This document shows positions 24,032 through 38,100 of a stretch of 64,000 nt of DNA, in pieces. Position 1 is the first letter of the stretch. The number at the start of each line of letters is the position of its first letter. This DNA comes from Marsupella aquatica (Eukaryota; Plantae; Marchantiophyta). The notes below the pieces were generated by a model, which made no database searches, was not told where the DNA came from, and saw only the letters and a list, made by a program, of their open reading frames with translations. A program made the translations under genes and the position numbers. The stretch is from contig OZ316892.1 in the NCBI GenBank assembly GCA_973895155.1, forward strand, positions 6,803,251 to 6,867,250, written 5' to 3'.

Positions 24032-25297
24032 TCATGGATGATTAACTTTGACTACCTTGGAGAGAAAGTAATCAAGAGATCAGTATCCTAAATGATGACA
24101 TATCTTTATGTCTTTCAGGTTGAAGGTCATAACCATAAAAGCCATGGGATGAATGGGAATTTTCTCATGACCTTACATTCCCATAAATTGGGATGAATGG
24201 GAATTTCACAGGGAGCCCTATTTTGTTGATGGTGTGCAGCCCATCAAAAGCTTCCCACAAGTTTCCCTCCAGTAAAAGCCAGTTTGCACCTGGTTAGAGG
24301 ATTGCCACACAACTCAGGAGTCGGGTGGGGGTGACCTCATGCAGTAAGCTAAGGCTAGTTTGTGTGGGGTATGAGCACTCCTCCGCCTCCCACCCCCTGG
24401 TGCCAGGATGTAAGTATTTGTAGAGGATAGTGGTACTTGCCAAGCATTACTTAACAGACTTGTGGCCCAATTAAAAATCCGTGTACAGTATACAGCTTTA
24501 TTAAATGCAGTCTTACTAGTGAAGGGGAACCACTTTGAGACTCATCAATCTATACTCCCTGCCCCTGTATGGCTGTAATAATTGCTTCTTGCTGATTGGC
24601 TCCAATATCTTGAAGCTAAACACCCCCCACAACCCATACCAGGCAGGGCCTTGCCATGGATCCTTGTTCTTAATCCTATAGGAGCATCACTCTTGAGAAA
24701 ACATTCCATTCAACCACACTCACTAGCAAGTCATGGACACTCACAAACCAGGTCCGTGACCAAAGAGCACTTTGGTCACAAGAAGACTAAACTAATATTT
24801 TCCTCTTCCTCATGTTTTATGCCAAACTTCCTTGTGTTGCACAATTGTCATTACTGTTGCTAAGGCCATGCAGTTGTGGTGAAAGTGTTGTTCATGAATG
24901 GGTACTATGCACATTTAGTGTGTGGTATTGTTGTTCTGGCCATGTCATTGCGGCAAGAAAGTCATAAAGAAAAGTAAGTGCTCTTGAGTGTGTTGTAGAT
25001 GCCGGTGTTGATACAAAAGTGTTCCTGAAGCAACACCAAGTGAGAGTCATTCCATGTCAAGTGGGGCCATGGCACCGTGCATTGATGCTGAATGTCCATC
25101 AAGAGGGCTGGTGCGGCTGGGGTGGGCCAAGGGGGCGCGAGCAAGGTAGGCTGGGGTTTAGTTACCTAGGTGAATTTGCCATACAAAAACCTTCATATAT
25201 TTGTAAATACAATAAAAATAGTAGCAATTAAATTTTAGTTTGGTATATTCTCCCATCCATGAACTTTTTTGGGGATATTCTTGAATCTCTCCAGGAT

Positions 25298-25500
25298 TCT
25301 GGATGACCCTACCTTTGCATACAGGTTTTGAGCTTTCCCACCCATCACTATGAAATCAGAATATTCTGGATGACCCTACCTTTGGATACAGGTTTTGTGA
25401 TTTCCCCATCCATCATTATGAGCTCAGTTTTTGTGCTTTCCCAATCCACAACTATTGGCTCAGGATTGCGTTTTCCCATCCATCACTATTGGCTCATCAG
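25298..25500. repeat. Degenerate tandem repeat
   Basis: TCTGGATGACCCTACCTTTG.ATACAGGTTTTG occurs twice, with further TTTCCC..CCATCA.TAT units. Confidence 0.7.
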
Positions 25501-25747
25501 TCACCAAAGAACCACAGAAAAACACAGAAAGGCAAACCAAAGCTCGAACTCCTTCGTTTCATGTGAGACGATTGTTGCGGTTTTCGTCTCCACTGCTTCA
25601 CAATTAGACAGTTCGATATCCTTCTGACGGTCCCTGAGCCAGCCGAGCTTGAATGCCCCGTCCCCTCCCAATTCTTCAGATAGTGATCTCTTCGAGCTCG
25701 GTGCATTGCGGAGGAAGCTCTTGCAATCTAGGATTTTGATTGATTCT

Positions 25748-26122
25748 TCAGACGAGAGGAACGGTGTAAGGATTGGAGGTGTGTTTCTTGTCTATGGGGA
25801 TTTCGTGAGCTCCGCTGAAACGAGACACGGGAAGGTAACCTTGGGAAATCGCTGGCGGAGAGGAGCTGTTCGGGTTAGGGTTGGAGTTTGCGCGGCCTTC
25901 GTCGTTCAGAAGCATGGGAGTAAAGCGTTGAACGGGCTGAATGATTGTAGCAGGCCCAGCTTGCGTGGAAGAATCGAGTCGGGTGAGTATCTCAGGCGTT
26001 TCTTCTCTCCTCAAAGCTGGATAATTATGATTAGACGGTGCCATTGCGTCACGCATGCGAGTGTCCACCTGCTGAGAAGATGCATCGGTGCAGTGTTCGC
26101 GTTTCCCGTTGACGAAGCACAT
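25748..26122 (-). CDS. Hypothetical 124-aa low-complexity ORF
   Basis: ATG-initiated ORF in a GC-richer island divergent from PGPS; no family recognised. Confidence 0.25.
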   Translation of the reverse strand: MCFVNGKREHCTDASSQQVDTRMRDAMAPSNHNYPALRREETPEILTRLDSSTQAGPATIIQPVQRFTPMLLNDEGRANSNPNPNSSSPPAISQGYLPVSRFSGAHEIPIDKKHTSNPYTVPLV

Positions 26123-27391
26123 TTTCGAGATTGTTTGATTTGTTATTTCTCGTACTGTACATGGTCGGCGGGAATGTCCACCTGCCGATTGTCCCTGTCA
26201 TGGATTTCGACTGAACAGTCTCCCAGTCTCCACATTAGTAAGCTTTGCTGGCTTGCGTGGAGGAAAGGATATGAATGCTGCAAGCTCACGCAGGTTGCGT
26301 CTCGTGAACGGTTGACTTGTGTTTACTGTAAATCGTCGTTGGAAGAATAGTCAGTCTCCAGCAAAGGTCTTTCGTTGACAGCAGCAATGGAAATCGACCT
26401 CCTTGAATGCGGTCAGCGGGTCGAACGCAATTTGTTTTGCACTGGACGCAGTTTAATGTCGCTAGATAATCAAAATGCAATACACGTTTAGTGGAAATTT
26501 CAAAAATCATAATCCAAAATTGTGAATTGAAATTTTGAAAAACCAAAACTACCTCAGTAGAGGTGTATGAAGAGTGCCACAGTGAAATTGACAAAAGCAA
26601 TTTTGTGTGCGGTGAATTATTGTGAAAAATGAGGCTTTCGTTATTTTCGCCAAGGAAAGTTTCATATTAGACACGAGGAAAAACATATGGTTTTGCAGGC
26701 ACAAATTGCGGCTTCGTTGTGGGGAAGAAAGCAAGTGTAATGCAGTGATGCTGACTGACTTGTAAGGAGAATTGCAGCAAGTTTGAATTGACAGGCCCGT
26801 GACGTAATATCTAAGCGGGACGCCAATGTGTTGCAGGGACTATTTGCCCGAGCTTAGAAAGAAGGAGCGAAGGAAGATTAGGTGGCAGTAGGAACCGGAC
26901 AGCAAAAATCTCAGATAGTCTGGAGAGACCAGAGCGACAAGGCAGTATAGCAGAGATAGACCCCTGCATGTCCACCTCTTCTCCACTTTCTTCCTCTCTT
27001 CCTCTTCTCTGCAATGGTTCCTCCCAGCTGTGGTCGTGCGCCTCTGCAAATCGAAGGTTTAACTAATTTGGTGCCGCAGTTCCTGCAGGGTGGGTCCCTC
27101 ATCTCTGAGATCGTGCCAGCCTCCTGATTACGAAACAAATCAAAATTACAGAGAAATAAGCTGCGCTTCCTGCTAACTCTCCAAAGACCCTGAGTAGTCA
27201 AGCTTACCTTTCAATTGGGTTTTAGAGTACTGCACATGATCATTGTCTGCTCAATGTTGTGCTGATTGATGCTCACATTATATCGCCTGCTTGTGTCTCC
27301 TGTTTGCGGCCTGAGGTTGTCTCCGCCGTTCCTTTCCCACTGCCTTCTAACACTCCTTCTGTAGTAAGACTCCCTCTCTGCATCGCTGGCT

Positions 27392-30300
27392 ATGAGCATC
27401 CTCCGCGCCTCCGCTCACTTGCTGGCCTCCTCTTCCTCAATTCCTTGTCGTAGCCCAGCTGCCGCAAAACCTCACCTCTGCAAGGCGGCGAACCATCATC
27501 CCGTCTGGTTCATTCCCAGCAGTAATGCTGCGCCTCCGAGCGCGCAGCAGCATCAGCTACGTTTCCGCACCTCTTCTTCGTCGTCCCGTCTGTCGACGGG
27601 CTCGAGCCCCGTACGACAATCTCTGCTCGGAGAATATTCTTTGTCTTCGTCGCTTTGGACCCGTGTGGTGAGTCCCATTGTATCACTGATCGGAGGGGGT
27701 TCGGATTCTAGGAATTCTTCTTCGTCCTATCTTTCCGATCAACAACACCGGCCATATGCTACCGGAGTTGGTAGAGTTCATCAGCCTGCATCCGCAGGAG
27801 CAGGAGGAGCAACCTGCTTCTCCGCACTAGGGAGCAGGAGAATGCGGAGTCGAGGCAATGGAGGAGAGTCTGAGAGTAACAGCAGAGGGACTTCTTCCTC
27901 CCCCAATCGAGTAGTAACAGCGCTTGCGGAGGATGGTCAAGGCGGCGGAGTAGCAGCACCATTGACAGATCTGGAGAAGGATAAGTTTAAGGAGGTTAAG
28001 ATCAAGCAGACAAACAAGCTGCTCACCCTTCCGACGATTCTTACACTAGCTCGTGTAGCGGCTGTCCCTGCAATTCTAGCAAGTGAGTATTAATCATCAG
28101 CTCCATTGTATTCAGGGTTTTAGTTCAAGGTATGAGTGCAGTCCCGGCCAGTGTGTCACAAACGAAGTTGACGGTCTTTCTGAACGAGATGAAAAATTTG
28201 CAGAGATCTAAACTGGTTATTTTTCCTTCAAATCCACCTTCGAACGCATGTCATGGAAAATTGCTGACTTTAGATTCCTTATTGCTGGATGCTGTTCCCT
28301 CTCAATCTCCATTTTAGGAAGATTCAGGTGGAGGGAAGAATTCAGTCGTTTTGACACGATCTACATTTAGATCTTTCAAATCTGCGTCTGTCGTGTTGCT
28401 GATGCCCAGGTTCATTTTGTTGCTATGACTTATAAATGTTGAAACTTTTCTTCGCTTGAAGACCTCTAGACGCAGAAACCTCTTCAAGTTCCGGAAACGG
28501 GTTTCTTAAATGGGCCATTTGTGTACATTCTATCGATTTTATCGTTCTTCCAATTGCTCAGTCAGAACGCTGTAAGATTGGAAGAACCCCGCCTTTCCGT
28601 GGTGTGAACTCTGGTTGCCACTACACTATTTCATCGAAGCTAGAGTTACTGACGGTTTATTTGATTTACAGTTTTTTACTCCGAACAGCCATGGGCTACG
28701 TCAGCTGGGGCGGTGATCTTTGTTCTGGCTGCAGTAACGGACTGGCTAGATGGTTACCTAGCGCGCAAGGTATGGCAGGAATCTCTCAACAGTCACCTCG
28801 GTGCTCCTCTCCCGGTTGACTACATTGCCTTACTTGGGGAGAAAACACGTCTCATCTGTTTTTGTGTTTTCTGCAGTCTGCAAATTAGCTTTAATTTGGA
28901 CCTTTCTCTTCTAATGGCAGATGGGAACCAGCTCTGCATTTGGAGCATTTTTGGATCCTGTTGCTGACAAAGTAAGAGAAGCCTGCCGATTCTCTCGTAA
29001 AGTTTCCCGCTGTACTGAGTAAAAATGAGCAGTGCTTTGGATCCCCACACGTTTGTTATGGACAGCAAACAGCCGTTTTACGAATTGCTCGAGTCTACTC
29101 CCACGCTGTCCACGAGTTAGTAGAATGTACATTTTTAACTTTTTTGCTGCCCATGTATTATCCTCATATCCATACATGTGTTCATCTCTTGCCCCAGTCG
29201 TGCTTTACATTTGCTTTCGGAATTTCCGTGACACTTGCATTTCGTTTTTTGCAGTTAATGGTAGCAGCAGCATTAGTGCTCCTTTGTACCAAGCCTCTTG
29301 CAGTTGCCAATTTGGCCGCTGTCCCGTGGCTGCTTCCCGTCCCAACCATTGCAATAATCGGTCGAGAGGTGGGTCATATCCTTTCCCTAGCAAGTGTTAT
29401 ACGTAGATGCCTTCAATTTTCAGAAGAGAAATGTTATTGATTTGGTGCTTAAGCGCACAAAATATGTTACGTTTTCGTAGTTGATTGATAGGGTAACAGT
29501 TATGATCATGCTCAGTGGTTCATTGAGGAAAAGCGACTTTAAGGTTACGGCAATGGAGTTGAACTAAGGCCTTCAGTACTACGGTATTGTGATCGTGTGA
29601 TCTTCAGATTACGATGTCAGCTGTAAGAGAGTGGGCTGCTGTACAAGGTGGAGACCTACATAAGGTATTCGTACTCTTCAAGTCTTACTGTATTTGACAC
29701 AGATCTGCTATAGCTCTGGCTTGACGAATGGAATCAGAAAATTTATTGGTTTCTTGCTGCTTTGGACTGGCCTGAGCGGTTGCATGATTTGTCTGCTTTT
29801 TACTGGGGCCAATTACATGGACAGTGATCAAGGTCTGTATGAGATCACTAGATGATGCGATGAATGTGCTCCATCTAGTTTATTGAGTTCGTTTGCCAGC
29901 TAGAGATATACAGCAAGATTTTGAAAACAATAAATCCAGCGCATCTGATGGATCTGCTGTTTCCTCGTAGGCTGTTGCTGTGAACAGTCTGGGGAAGATC
30001 AAAACTGCATCTCAAATGGTTGCAATAACCTTGCTACTGGCTTCCGGGGAAGGAGGGTGAGTCTTCTTATGCCTCTAATGTCAAGAAACTGTTCTGCACG
30101 GCTCATTCTAAGTGATGATCCTATTTGTTTCCAAAATGTATGTTCGTAGTGAATTGTTAGGTGTGTAATTGTTCGTTGTGTAAGACGTTCTGTAGGTCCC
30201 TAATTATTGACCCTGTCTTTAGAAACTCTGTGATCTGCAGCCAAATAGTAGGGGTCAAAATTATGTTTACAGAGCTCTAGCGTTTGAATGCATGTGACGT

Positions 30301-30464
30301 GCTGACAACTCTACTTCCGTTACGATTTGTCGATATTGCTCAACAGGCTCGATTCAACGCTTGCGGGAGTAGTAGGCGTTGGTCTTCTTTACATAGCAGC
30401 CATGCTTGCCTTGTGGTCATTGGCGATTTACATGAGGGGCATTTGGGGTAGCATGTTCAAGTAA
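27392..30464 (+). CDS. PGPS1: Phosphatidylglycerophosphate synthase (CDP-alcohol phosphatidyltransferase) with long Ser-rich transit peptide, 7 exons
   Basis: Exons approx. 27392-28082, 28672-28769, 28921-28971, 29255-29368, 29608-29664, 29971-30056, 30347-30464. Motifs LTLPTILTLARVAAVP, the CDP-OH signature TDWLDGYLARK..GAFLDPVADK, IIGREITMSAVREWAA and AVNSLGKIKTASQM are typical of plant PGP1/PGP2. Confidence 0.92.
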
Positions 30465-31469
30465 ATACCCTTTGCTAGGGCTCTCGGTATGGTAGCTTAA
30501 AATGACTTTTCCAGGGTCTGTTGTTGGGGTCTTATCGCTGTCTTTGCATTTTTGCATGTTCCTCTGACTTCTAGGTAGTCACTGATGTGGTAAAAATGAA
30601 TGTTCACCAGGACTCTCAGACTTACTGTGCTTTCTTGCTAACCTGAACTGAGTATGTGTGGGGATAAGAGCGGCTAGACAACTAACACCAAGCCAGATTA
30701 TGAGCACTTCAGGTTACAGCAGTGGCTTGCAGTTACTTCTAAATTTTGGTTTGTATATAACATCAGCGCCGTAGGGCAGGCATAGCCAAACCATGATGGG
30801 GTTGATAGAATGATGGCTTCTCCGAGAGTATTGTGTATTTACTTATAGGCGTCTGAGAGCTGGAGGGATCTCTTTCTTATTCAGAGGCTGCTCGATTGAA
30901 ACTAGTTGTGGCTCTCAACTCCAGATTGGCCCAGGGAACAATGTCATATTATTTGTTCTGTTATGAATTCATTTCCTGAGCTTACCACGGGATCACTACA
31001 TGTATGACATAAACCAAGTCATTTCTGTAGACGCCAGTACTTTATATCTGTTAATGTGGCAGCCAGTAAATGCTGAGAATTGCATTGGAGATAATTTTGT
31101 TTTGGAATCCCATCTGGTATATGATCTGGAAAACAATGCTTGTCTTTCTTGGATTCTCGATCTGTTGTTGATATATTCCTTTATCAATTGACAACTTAAC
31201 GTTACTGTGCTATGGTCCAAGACCAGCAGACTGACATAGAATTGCTGTCCAAATGCCATTTGTTCCAACTGGTTGTGAATACTGCAAATGAGCAAAGAAC
31301 AATGCACTGATAGGACCTTCACAAATAGATGTGAAGACGACCTCTGTCCCCGACGAGCCTGGTGCATATGGTAGGGTCGCATTTCTCAATATGGAAGTAA
31401 CTAGTAGTACTGTTTCAGAACTAGAAATAAACATAGCACAACGCAATCAAAGTAACTAATAAACATAAA

Positions 31470-31750
31470 CTCCCCCAAATTACCCAATATTGCTACCATG
31501 CCCCCAAAACAAAATTAATTATCAACCTGTCTCTCATTTTGTATTTGGGTTAATATTAATTTGTATACAAGTTTTGTGCCATGTGGCAAGTTGCTACTGG
31601 ATAGCCTGAGCCCACTGCGACACACCTTGGCCCCACTTGGCTACATTAACCATATACAAGTTAATATTAACCAAAATATAAAACGGGGGACAGGTTGATA
31701 ACTAATTTTGTTTGGGAGACATGTTAATAATATTGGGTAGTTTAGGGGAC
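31470..31750. mobile_element. AT-rich foldback/MITE with about 90-bp imperfect inverted arms
   Basis: 31481-31572 is an imperfect reverse complement of 31648-31739; no clear TSD was found. Confidence 0.65.
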
Positions 31751-33821
31751 AGGTTAGTAAAAAATTATAAACATGAATTAGTGAATTGTCTTAGTGTAGT
31801 GGTTCAGGTTTTGGAGGGGGGTTGACCATGTACTTGGTTGGTTTAAATGTGAGGCCCATGCCCACAGGTACTTTCAAGCTTTAGTTACTGTGAAGTCTAT
31901 GATGCAGCATCTGAATGCAATGAAAATGGGTGTACATGGTTGGTTCCAATGAGGCCCACGCCCAGAGGTATTTTGAAGTAGTCACTTGGGAGTGTTTACA
32001 TGCACTCCTGCTAACACAATCAGGATGAGTCCAATCCTAGGTGTGTGGAGACATGGACTTCTTCCTAACAAGAATTGTTCTAAATTGGTTTAATGAAAGT
32101 TGCTGATTTGGCAAAAGTGAGTTCAGGACCTTGGAAGCACCAACTCATAAAAACCATATTTGTCACTCAATGGGTAGTTATTGCTGGTCTAACTTGTACC
32201 CCTACCACTGGAAGTTAACCATGAGTTTGGGTATAAGTATGTGTGTTACCAAAGGGTTTATTTGCAGCGAATCCCCTATCAATTCAAAGCAACAATGCTT
32301 CGAATCCGACAATGTTGTGGCAAAATTTTGTACTTTTAACCACAGCATATGACACATTTTGTAAATCAATTTTCCTTGATTTTTGCAGCCTCTACAGAAT
32401 AGACTTGTGTCCTTACCTCTATAACTGTTGGGTTGAGTTGATGTCATTGGGATGGATCTGGACCATCTTTTGTTATGATGTGTTATTTCTGCTCTTTTCT
32501 GCTTGCCAAGCATTATTGAGTACAGCAAGTACTGGTGGGAGCAGGGGTTTGATAAAGTCCATATCTGTATCTGCCACACAATCCCCATACATTTCCATGT
32601 AAGCCCATAACCGATACAGATGAGGACCACAAGTAGAGATGCCCGTCAAGATGAACACTAGCACAAACCAGCCCCAGTTTTATTAGATGTGATTATTTAC
32701 AGTAGTTTCTCAGAGCCATAATTATCATTTGTTGACAACTCAAGATTCTTTGCCATTGCCATCCTTGTTAGTTACCTCAAATCTTTATGTACCTTAATTA
32801 CTAGGTAAAGGTCATAACAGAGAAAATTATGGACTACTAATTCCATGATCATATGTCATGACCTTAAGTCACTCTAGAGGTTAATGAAAAGAAATTATAA
32901 ACTTTTACATGGTATTGTTAGTGTCATTTCTTTATGGCCAAAAGCATGATGATGAAGCTTTGAGACACCCTAATTGTGCTCAACTTGTGTTGCTTCTAAG
33001 AGGGAAGTGGTCAAAACTTTTCTTGGTACACCTTGACTATTCTGTGATATATGTAGGGTCTTGACTTCTAACCTTTGGTTAAACTACAAGCTCCCATGTA
33101 AAGTACTGTGTGTGCCCCATAGTACTCATTTCACAAACACCACAATAATGTATATGAAAGAGTTATGGCATTTTGGGGAACTGAGATTTACTTGATTGCC
33201 ACTTTTTTTGGGTATATTTTGTACCTTGTCACTGAATTTTTCTACGTAGTTATGACAATGCCACTGATTCCTTTGTAAGGTAAGAAAATTAATTTGGGTT
33301 AGCTCCTTCACATTCAATGGCTGTAATCACACCCAATTTTGTGATTAGACAACCTGGGTCTCCCTAAAGGTGACTTTGATCACCCTTGGATCAGGTGATA
33401 GAGAGGTGGGTCAGGTGGTCCTGTCCTCCCATCCTATGCCTAGCCTCTGTCCAGGGCCAGCCTATCCCTGCGCATAGCCTCTCCCTCTATACTACAAACA
33501 GTGGTCAAAGCCACCTTGAGGGAGATCAGAGCCGTTTGATCCCAAACCTGGGTGTGATGAGAGCTAATCCACATTGATTTTCTCAACTGACATATAAATG
33601 TAGTGGCTTTGCGAAATTAGAAAAAATCAATGGCAAGGTGTGTATTATGCCAAAAAAGAGTGGCAATGTAGTAACACCCAATTTGGGGGATTTTGTTAGT
33701 ACCAGTATCACCTCATAATCCCACCATAAGATGGGATCTACAGCTGAAAATACTGGTTCCTCAAAAAACAGCATCTGAAAACAGTTCTTCATTTTTTTAG
33801 GAAAACACCAACAAACATTTT

Positions 33822-33985
33822 TAGGGTATGAGGGTCCTATGATGGGAAGTGAGTGGGAGAGCGGACAGGTGTACTGTTCACCTAGGCAGATGAAAAGTGG
33901 CCGGCAGTACACCAGCATTGGTAATTTGCCTAGGTGAATAGTAGAACCTCCCAGTCACTTCCCATCATAAGACCTATGTACCCTT
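33822..33985. repeat. Inverted pair of the same repeat motif
   Basis: 33822-33887 is an imperfect reverse complement of 33926-33984. Confidence 0.7.
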
Positions 33986-35147
33986 GATGTGTAGACCTGC
34001 TCTTCATTTGTCTATAACTCGAGATTCTTCATTGGTCCCATCCTTGTTCACCTTCATGTGTAGTTATGCTTGCTTTGTGTGTGTTCAACAAATGGTGGTC
34101 AAAATGTTTCTTGATGACCTTCACCACAATTCTGTATTGTAATTAAGGTTTACAGCTTTTCAGAACGATACTTTACCACTAAAGATATTCTAATTGACAA
34201 TACTGTCTCAGTTTGTTTTTGTATTTACACATATGACATGGTTGCTTATGTGAATGACAAGTTCACCAAGATATCTAGAACATTCATATACCAAAATAGT
34301 GACATATTTATAATAAATTTTACTTATAAAACTCAAACAGAAATTAGAGTTGGGGTCTAGGTTTCTAGAGTGAAGCCCTCTAGACCATGACTCCAGGGCC
34401 CACCACGAGGATGGAAAGAATGACGGATGCAAAATGATGATCATTTTGTAGTGATTTCTATTTTTATTCAAAGAATGGGTCAGGGCGCCACCACAAGTAT
34501 GGAAAGAATAATGAATATGATGCATGTCAAGTGATGATCATTTTGCCTTGGTTTCTATTTATATTCCAAAAATGGGCAAAAGAGTGGCACTGTTAGTGTC
34601 AATGTAATGTAATTAAAAGCTGTTAAGGTTTAATTTTAAACCCTAAATGCCTATCTTACCCTTAGTTTACCGCGAAACGTTTGAACCCACTGTTCTCTCC
34701 GAACGGACACAAATCGAGCTTAAGTTAATAATTATGGACGGAAAAGGATGGGAACGACGAAGAACCTCGAGGTGTCGACAAAGAAGCAAATCTAGGGCTT
34801 AATTAAGGTTTGATGCACGCACAGTCCCATCAGTGCCCTTTTCCCCGTGAAACCTCTGTCATCGTGAAGAATGTCGTGACTCCCTCTGATGAAGAATTGA
34901 ATCATTTCTCGTTTCCTTGTGCTGCGGCTCTTCGCCGACTTCCTCCTCTTCTTCGACTTCGGTGAGGTCCATTAATTAGTGAGCACCATAGAAGCTTTGG
35001 CATTAAACAGCCTGCGCTTCTTTGAAGTCACGGCACGGCAGATGCAGCTGTGGAGATTTCAGCAGCAGCTGTGACATTGAGGGGGCTTGTGAGTGGAGCT
35101 CACTCGCTACGACGAGCTTGGCGTTGTTTTTTTGAGATAGTTAGACG

Positions 35148-38100
35148 ATGGTAGGAAGCAGTAAGTATGAAATTGGGCAGACGGCGCACGTGAAGACCGT
35201 GCTACACGCTTTGAAGCATCCGAGCAGCGCCGTGAGTGGAGTTCTTGTTGGCAAGGTCACTGGGTCTCTGGGTAAAAATGAGGCAAACAGCGAGAATTCG
35301 TCGGAGGAGAACGTCAAGGTCGACATTGTCGATGCCGTGCCGCTGTTTCATGGTCAGCACGGCCTGCTGCCCATGCTGGAGCTCGCTCTCTCCCAGGTTC
35401 GTGCTCTTTCTGGCCAAAATTCTTCCCTTCCGATGTTTCGGGTGAATGAAACACGGTGTCTATGAGATGGGGTTGGACGTCCACAATTTGAAGGACAAGC
35501 TCAAAATGTAAGAAGTGAATATCCATTGAATCGTAAATCGAGAATGATTGTATAGAATCATGTGAACGTGAGTCTCCTTCCTCCATCCCTTTCTTAGACG
35601 TAGCTTGTAACACTACTTTCCGGAAGGAATTGAAGAAGTTCTGGAGTGATTACAAGTACCAGTGACCTTTAAGGTGGCATTTCTGGTCTATTTAGACTTT
35701 ATTAATTCTGTCCTCTTAAGACTCACTCGAAACCCTATCATACCCCCTGCTCATTATGTCAAGGATGTCTGAAGGACGTCCCAGTTGATGACTTTCTGCC
35801 TTCCAACCGACGCCTCTCTCGTTCCAGCATTTCCTGGTCTGACCAATTTGTAACCGAAATAGTTGTCCAGAATGAGGGTTATTTATCCTCTCCTTGCTCA
35901 TGTATAAAACACCTGTATGCTGGTGTCCTTCCTATGCACCGAAGTACAGCCAAAATTGAATGGAATGCAACAATCTTGGAATGACTGTAATGGAAATAAC
36001 TGTTCAAGCTGGTAAGTCTGGTGTCTTAATTTCTTCTATCCCCAAGTACGCTGAATCCTAGCGTACTCTTTGCTGATCCGTGTTAAAGATATCTTCATTC
36101 ACCCCCCAGTTGATGGCGTTCTGACTTTCTAGTGGCAAAACCCTATTAGGTCACGCATCTGGCAAGTTTGGTATGAACAATCTACAACCGAAAATGGCAT
36201 CCGAAAATAGATGTTATTTTTATTTCCTTCATGCATTGAGTTGCCCTGTCTCATTCTCTGCCTTGAGGGCAAAGGCACAGCATAGTTTGTTGAATTCAAG
36301 ATGTCGGTAATGACTATGATCAATGAATACTGTTTTAGCTTGCATTTCTGGTTTCTTTAGAACTTACTTCTTATTTCCCCCTAAAACTCACCCAAACTCG
36401 CTCACAGTCGTTGCTGATCCCTGTCAATGATATCCTGCTTAGCTCCCAGTCATTAAGTTTCTGACTTTTTAGTGACTACGCTTGTCGGTCAGATTCAGTT
36501 TAGACCGAAGAAACAATTTATGAGCAGATAAGGGAGACGGAAAACCTCAAAGAGATATCTTGATCCCATTGGCAGCGTTTTAATTTCTCTTCAGATTGTT
36601 GAGCTGCCCGAAATGCTCCTTCACAATGGACTCAGTAATTCGCTCGTGTAACTCGTTGTTTCGCTTCAGATGCTTTTCATTGCATCAGACGGTTCGCTGT
36701 CTTCTTGGACTATTTCTCAAACAGGAATCAATCAAAGAGCTTGGATATAGTAGTACTGTTTGATCCAATTTTCAGGTGCCTGAAGCCACCAGAGTCTTTC
36801 ACACACAGCTGTTCCCAGTCACCTGATTCAGAAAGTGTTGGTCTGAACAATCAACAACCTGAAAGGGCGTCTAGAAGCTGTCGTGGTCTTCCTTCCTTTG
36901 TTATCTATATCTCCCTTAAGCCAGTGTCTCTCCTGAGGGCTGATATTCAGCAAAAGGAAGTCTCTTTCTGGTCATTTCTGTTATGTTTTCAAGTCGCTCG
37001 TCACAACTTGGTATAAATAGTGACGCCTCTCTTCGAGCCGTATTTAACACAGTTTAAGCTGATGATTTAAGGTGGAAATGTGCATGATAGGCTGAGTGAG
37101 TATAACAAGTTAATTGCCGAACTGAGGTATTTTCATGCTACTCGCAGGTTGAAGAGTACTTCAGTGCTGAGAAGGATGGCCTAGTGATCGTTGGTTACTA
37201 CCATGCAAATGAGAGGTTTGATGACTATGAATTAAGCCCCTTGGCCCGGCGGATCGGTGACCATATTGCCCGATACACTCCTCAAGCAGGTGTTTTACTG
37301 GTATATCTCCTCGACTTACAACAGTGATGCTAGCATAATGCTCCTGTGTTTTTATCCTTCGTGTTTCATCCAATTCTCAAAGATGTTCAGATATTTAATT
37401 GCTTGCTGGACATTTCCTTTGAAACTCGTGAATGAATTTTAAATGTATCAGGTGTGTTATAGTGTCGAAGTCTGCGCTCTCTGTAAATGAGCTAGCATAA
37501 TGTTTTCGGATTGTCCTTGCGTTGAGGGGGTATTCACGTCAAGCAAGAACCACCTGCTTACAAAGAAATCTAAGAGCTGTCCAGGCTGGTAGTAATCTTA
37601 AGTTGTTGTGGTAGCTACGACTGACTTACAGAATGCCATTGAAACGACAAGGCCTAAGGAATATCTCAGTGAAATAGACGTGGGCTATAGTTTACTGAGG
37701 AGGCGAGGCCGTAAAGCGAAATAGTCTTGCTCTCAAACTTGTGATAACGCTAACTCCTGGACAGAATTAGTCGCATGTTTGAACTTTCTTTATTTGGAGC
37801 ACACGCTCATATCTATCTCGTGCCCTTGTGTCCAGCTTGATAACAGGTTACTGGGAGCTTTGAAGAAAGGCGCCAGTAAGAAGCCAGTGGTGCAGGTTAG
37901 TTTCCAATTTGGTGCTTCTTTCATTTCGCCGTTCGGTCTCTGAAATTTTGAAAACTTAGGGTGAAGTTGTGACGCTTACCAATTTCTGCGATCAATCATC
38001 ATGTGTCATATCGGTTAAGAGCTTCTCCTTGTAGGTGTCAAGTTATATTCTCTCTTCCAGTCTGGAAGCATGGTCACAATATCATGATGTCTATTATGTG

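Noticed and set aside
25770-25820. GAHEIP in the 124-aa ORF resembling the start of a TDIF/CLE peptide
   Set aside because: It lacks the SGPNP core, and the ORF has no signal peptide.
27392-30464. Cardiolipin synthase as an alternative call
   Set aside because: It shares the CDP-alcohol motif, but ITMSAVREWAA and AVNSLGK match the PGP synthase subfamily.
32200-32664. Short ORFs vaguely resembling a transposase C-terminus (..VLNNAW)
   Set aside because: Motif spacing is wrong and the frames have many stops; not supportable without a search.
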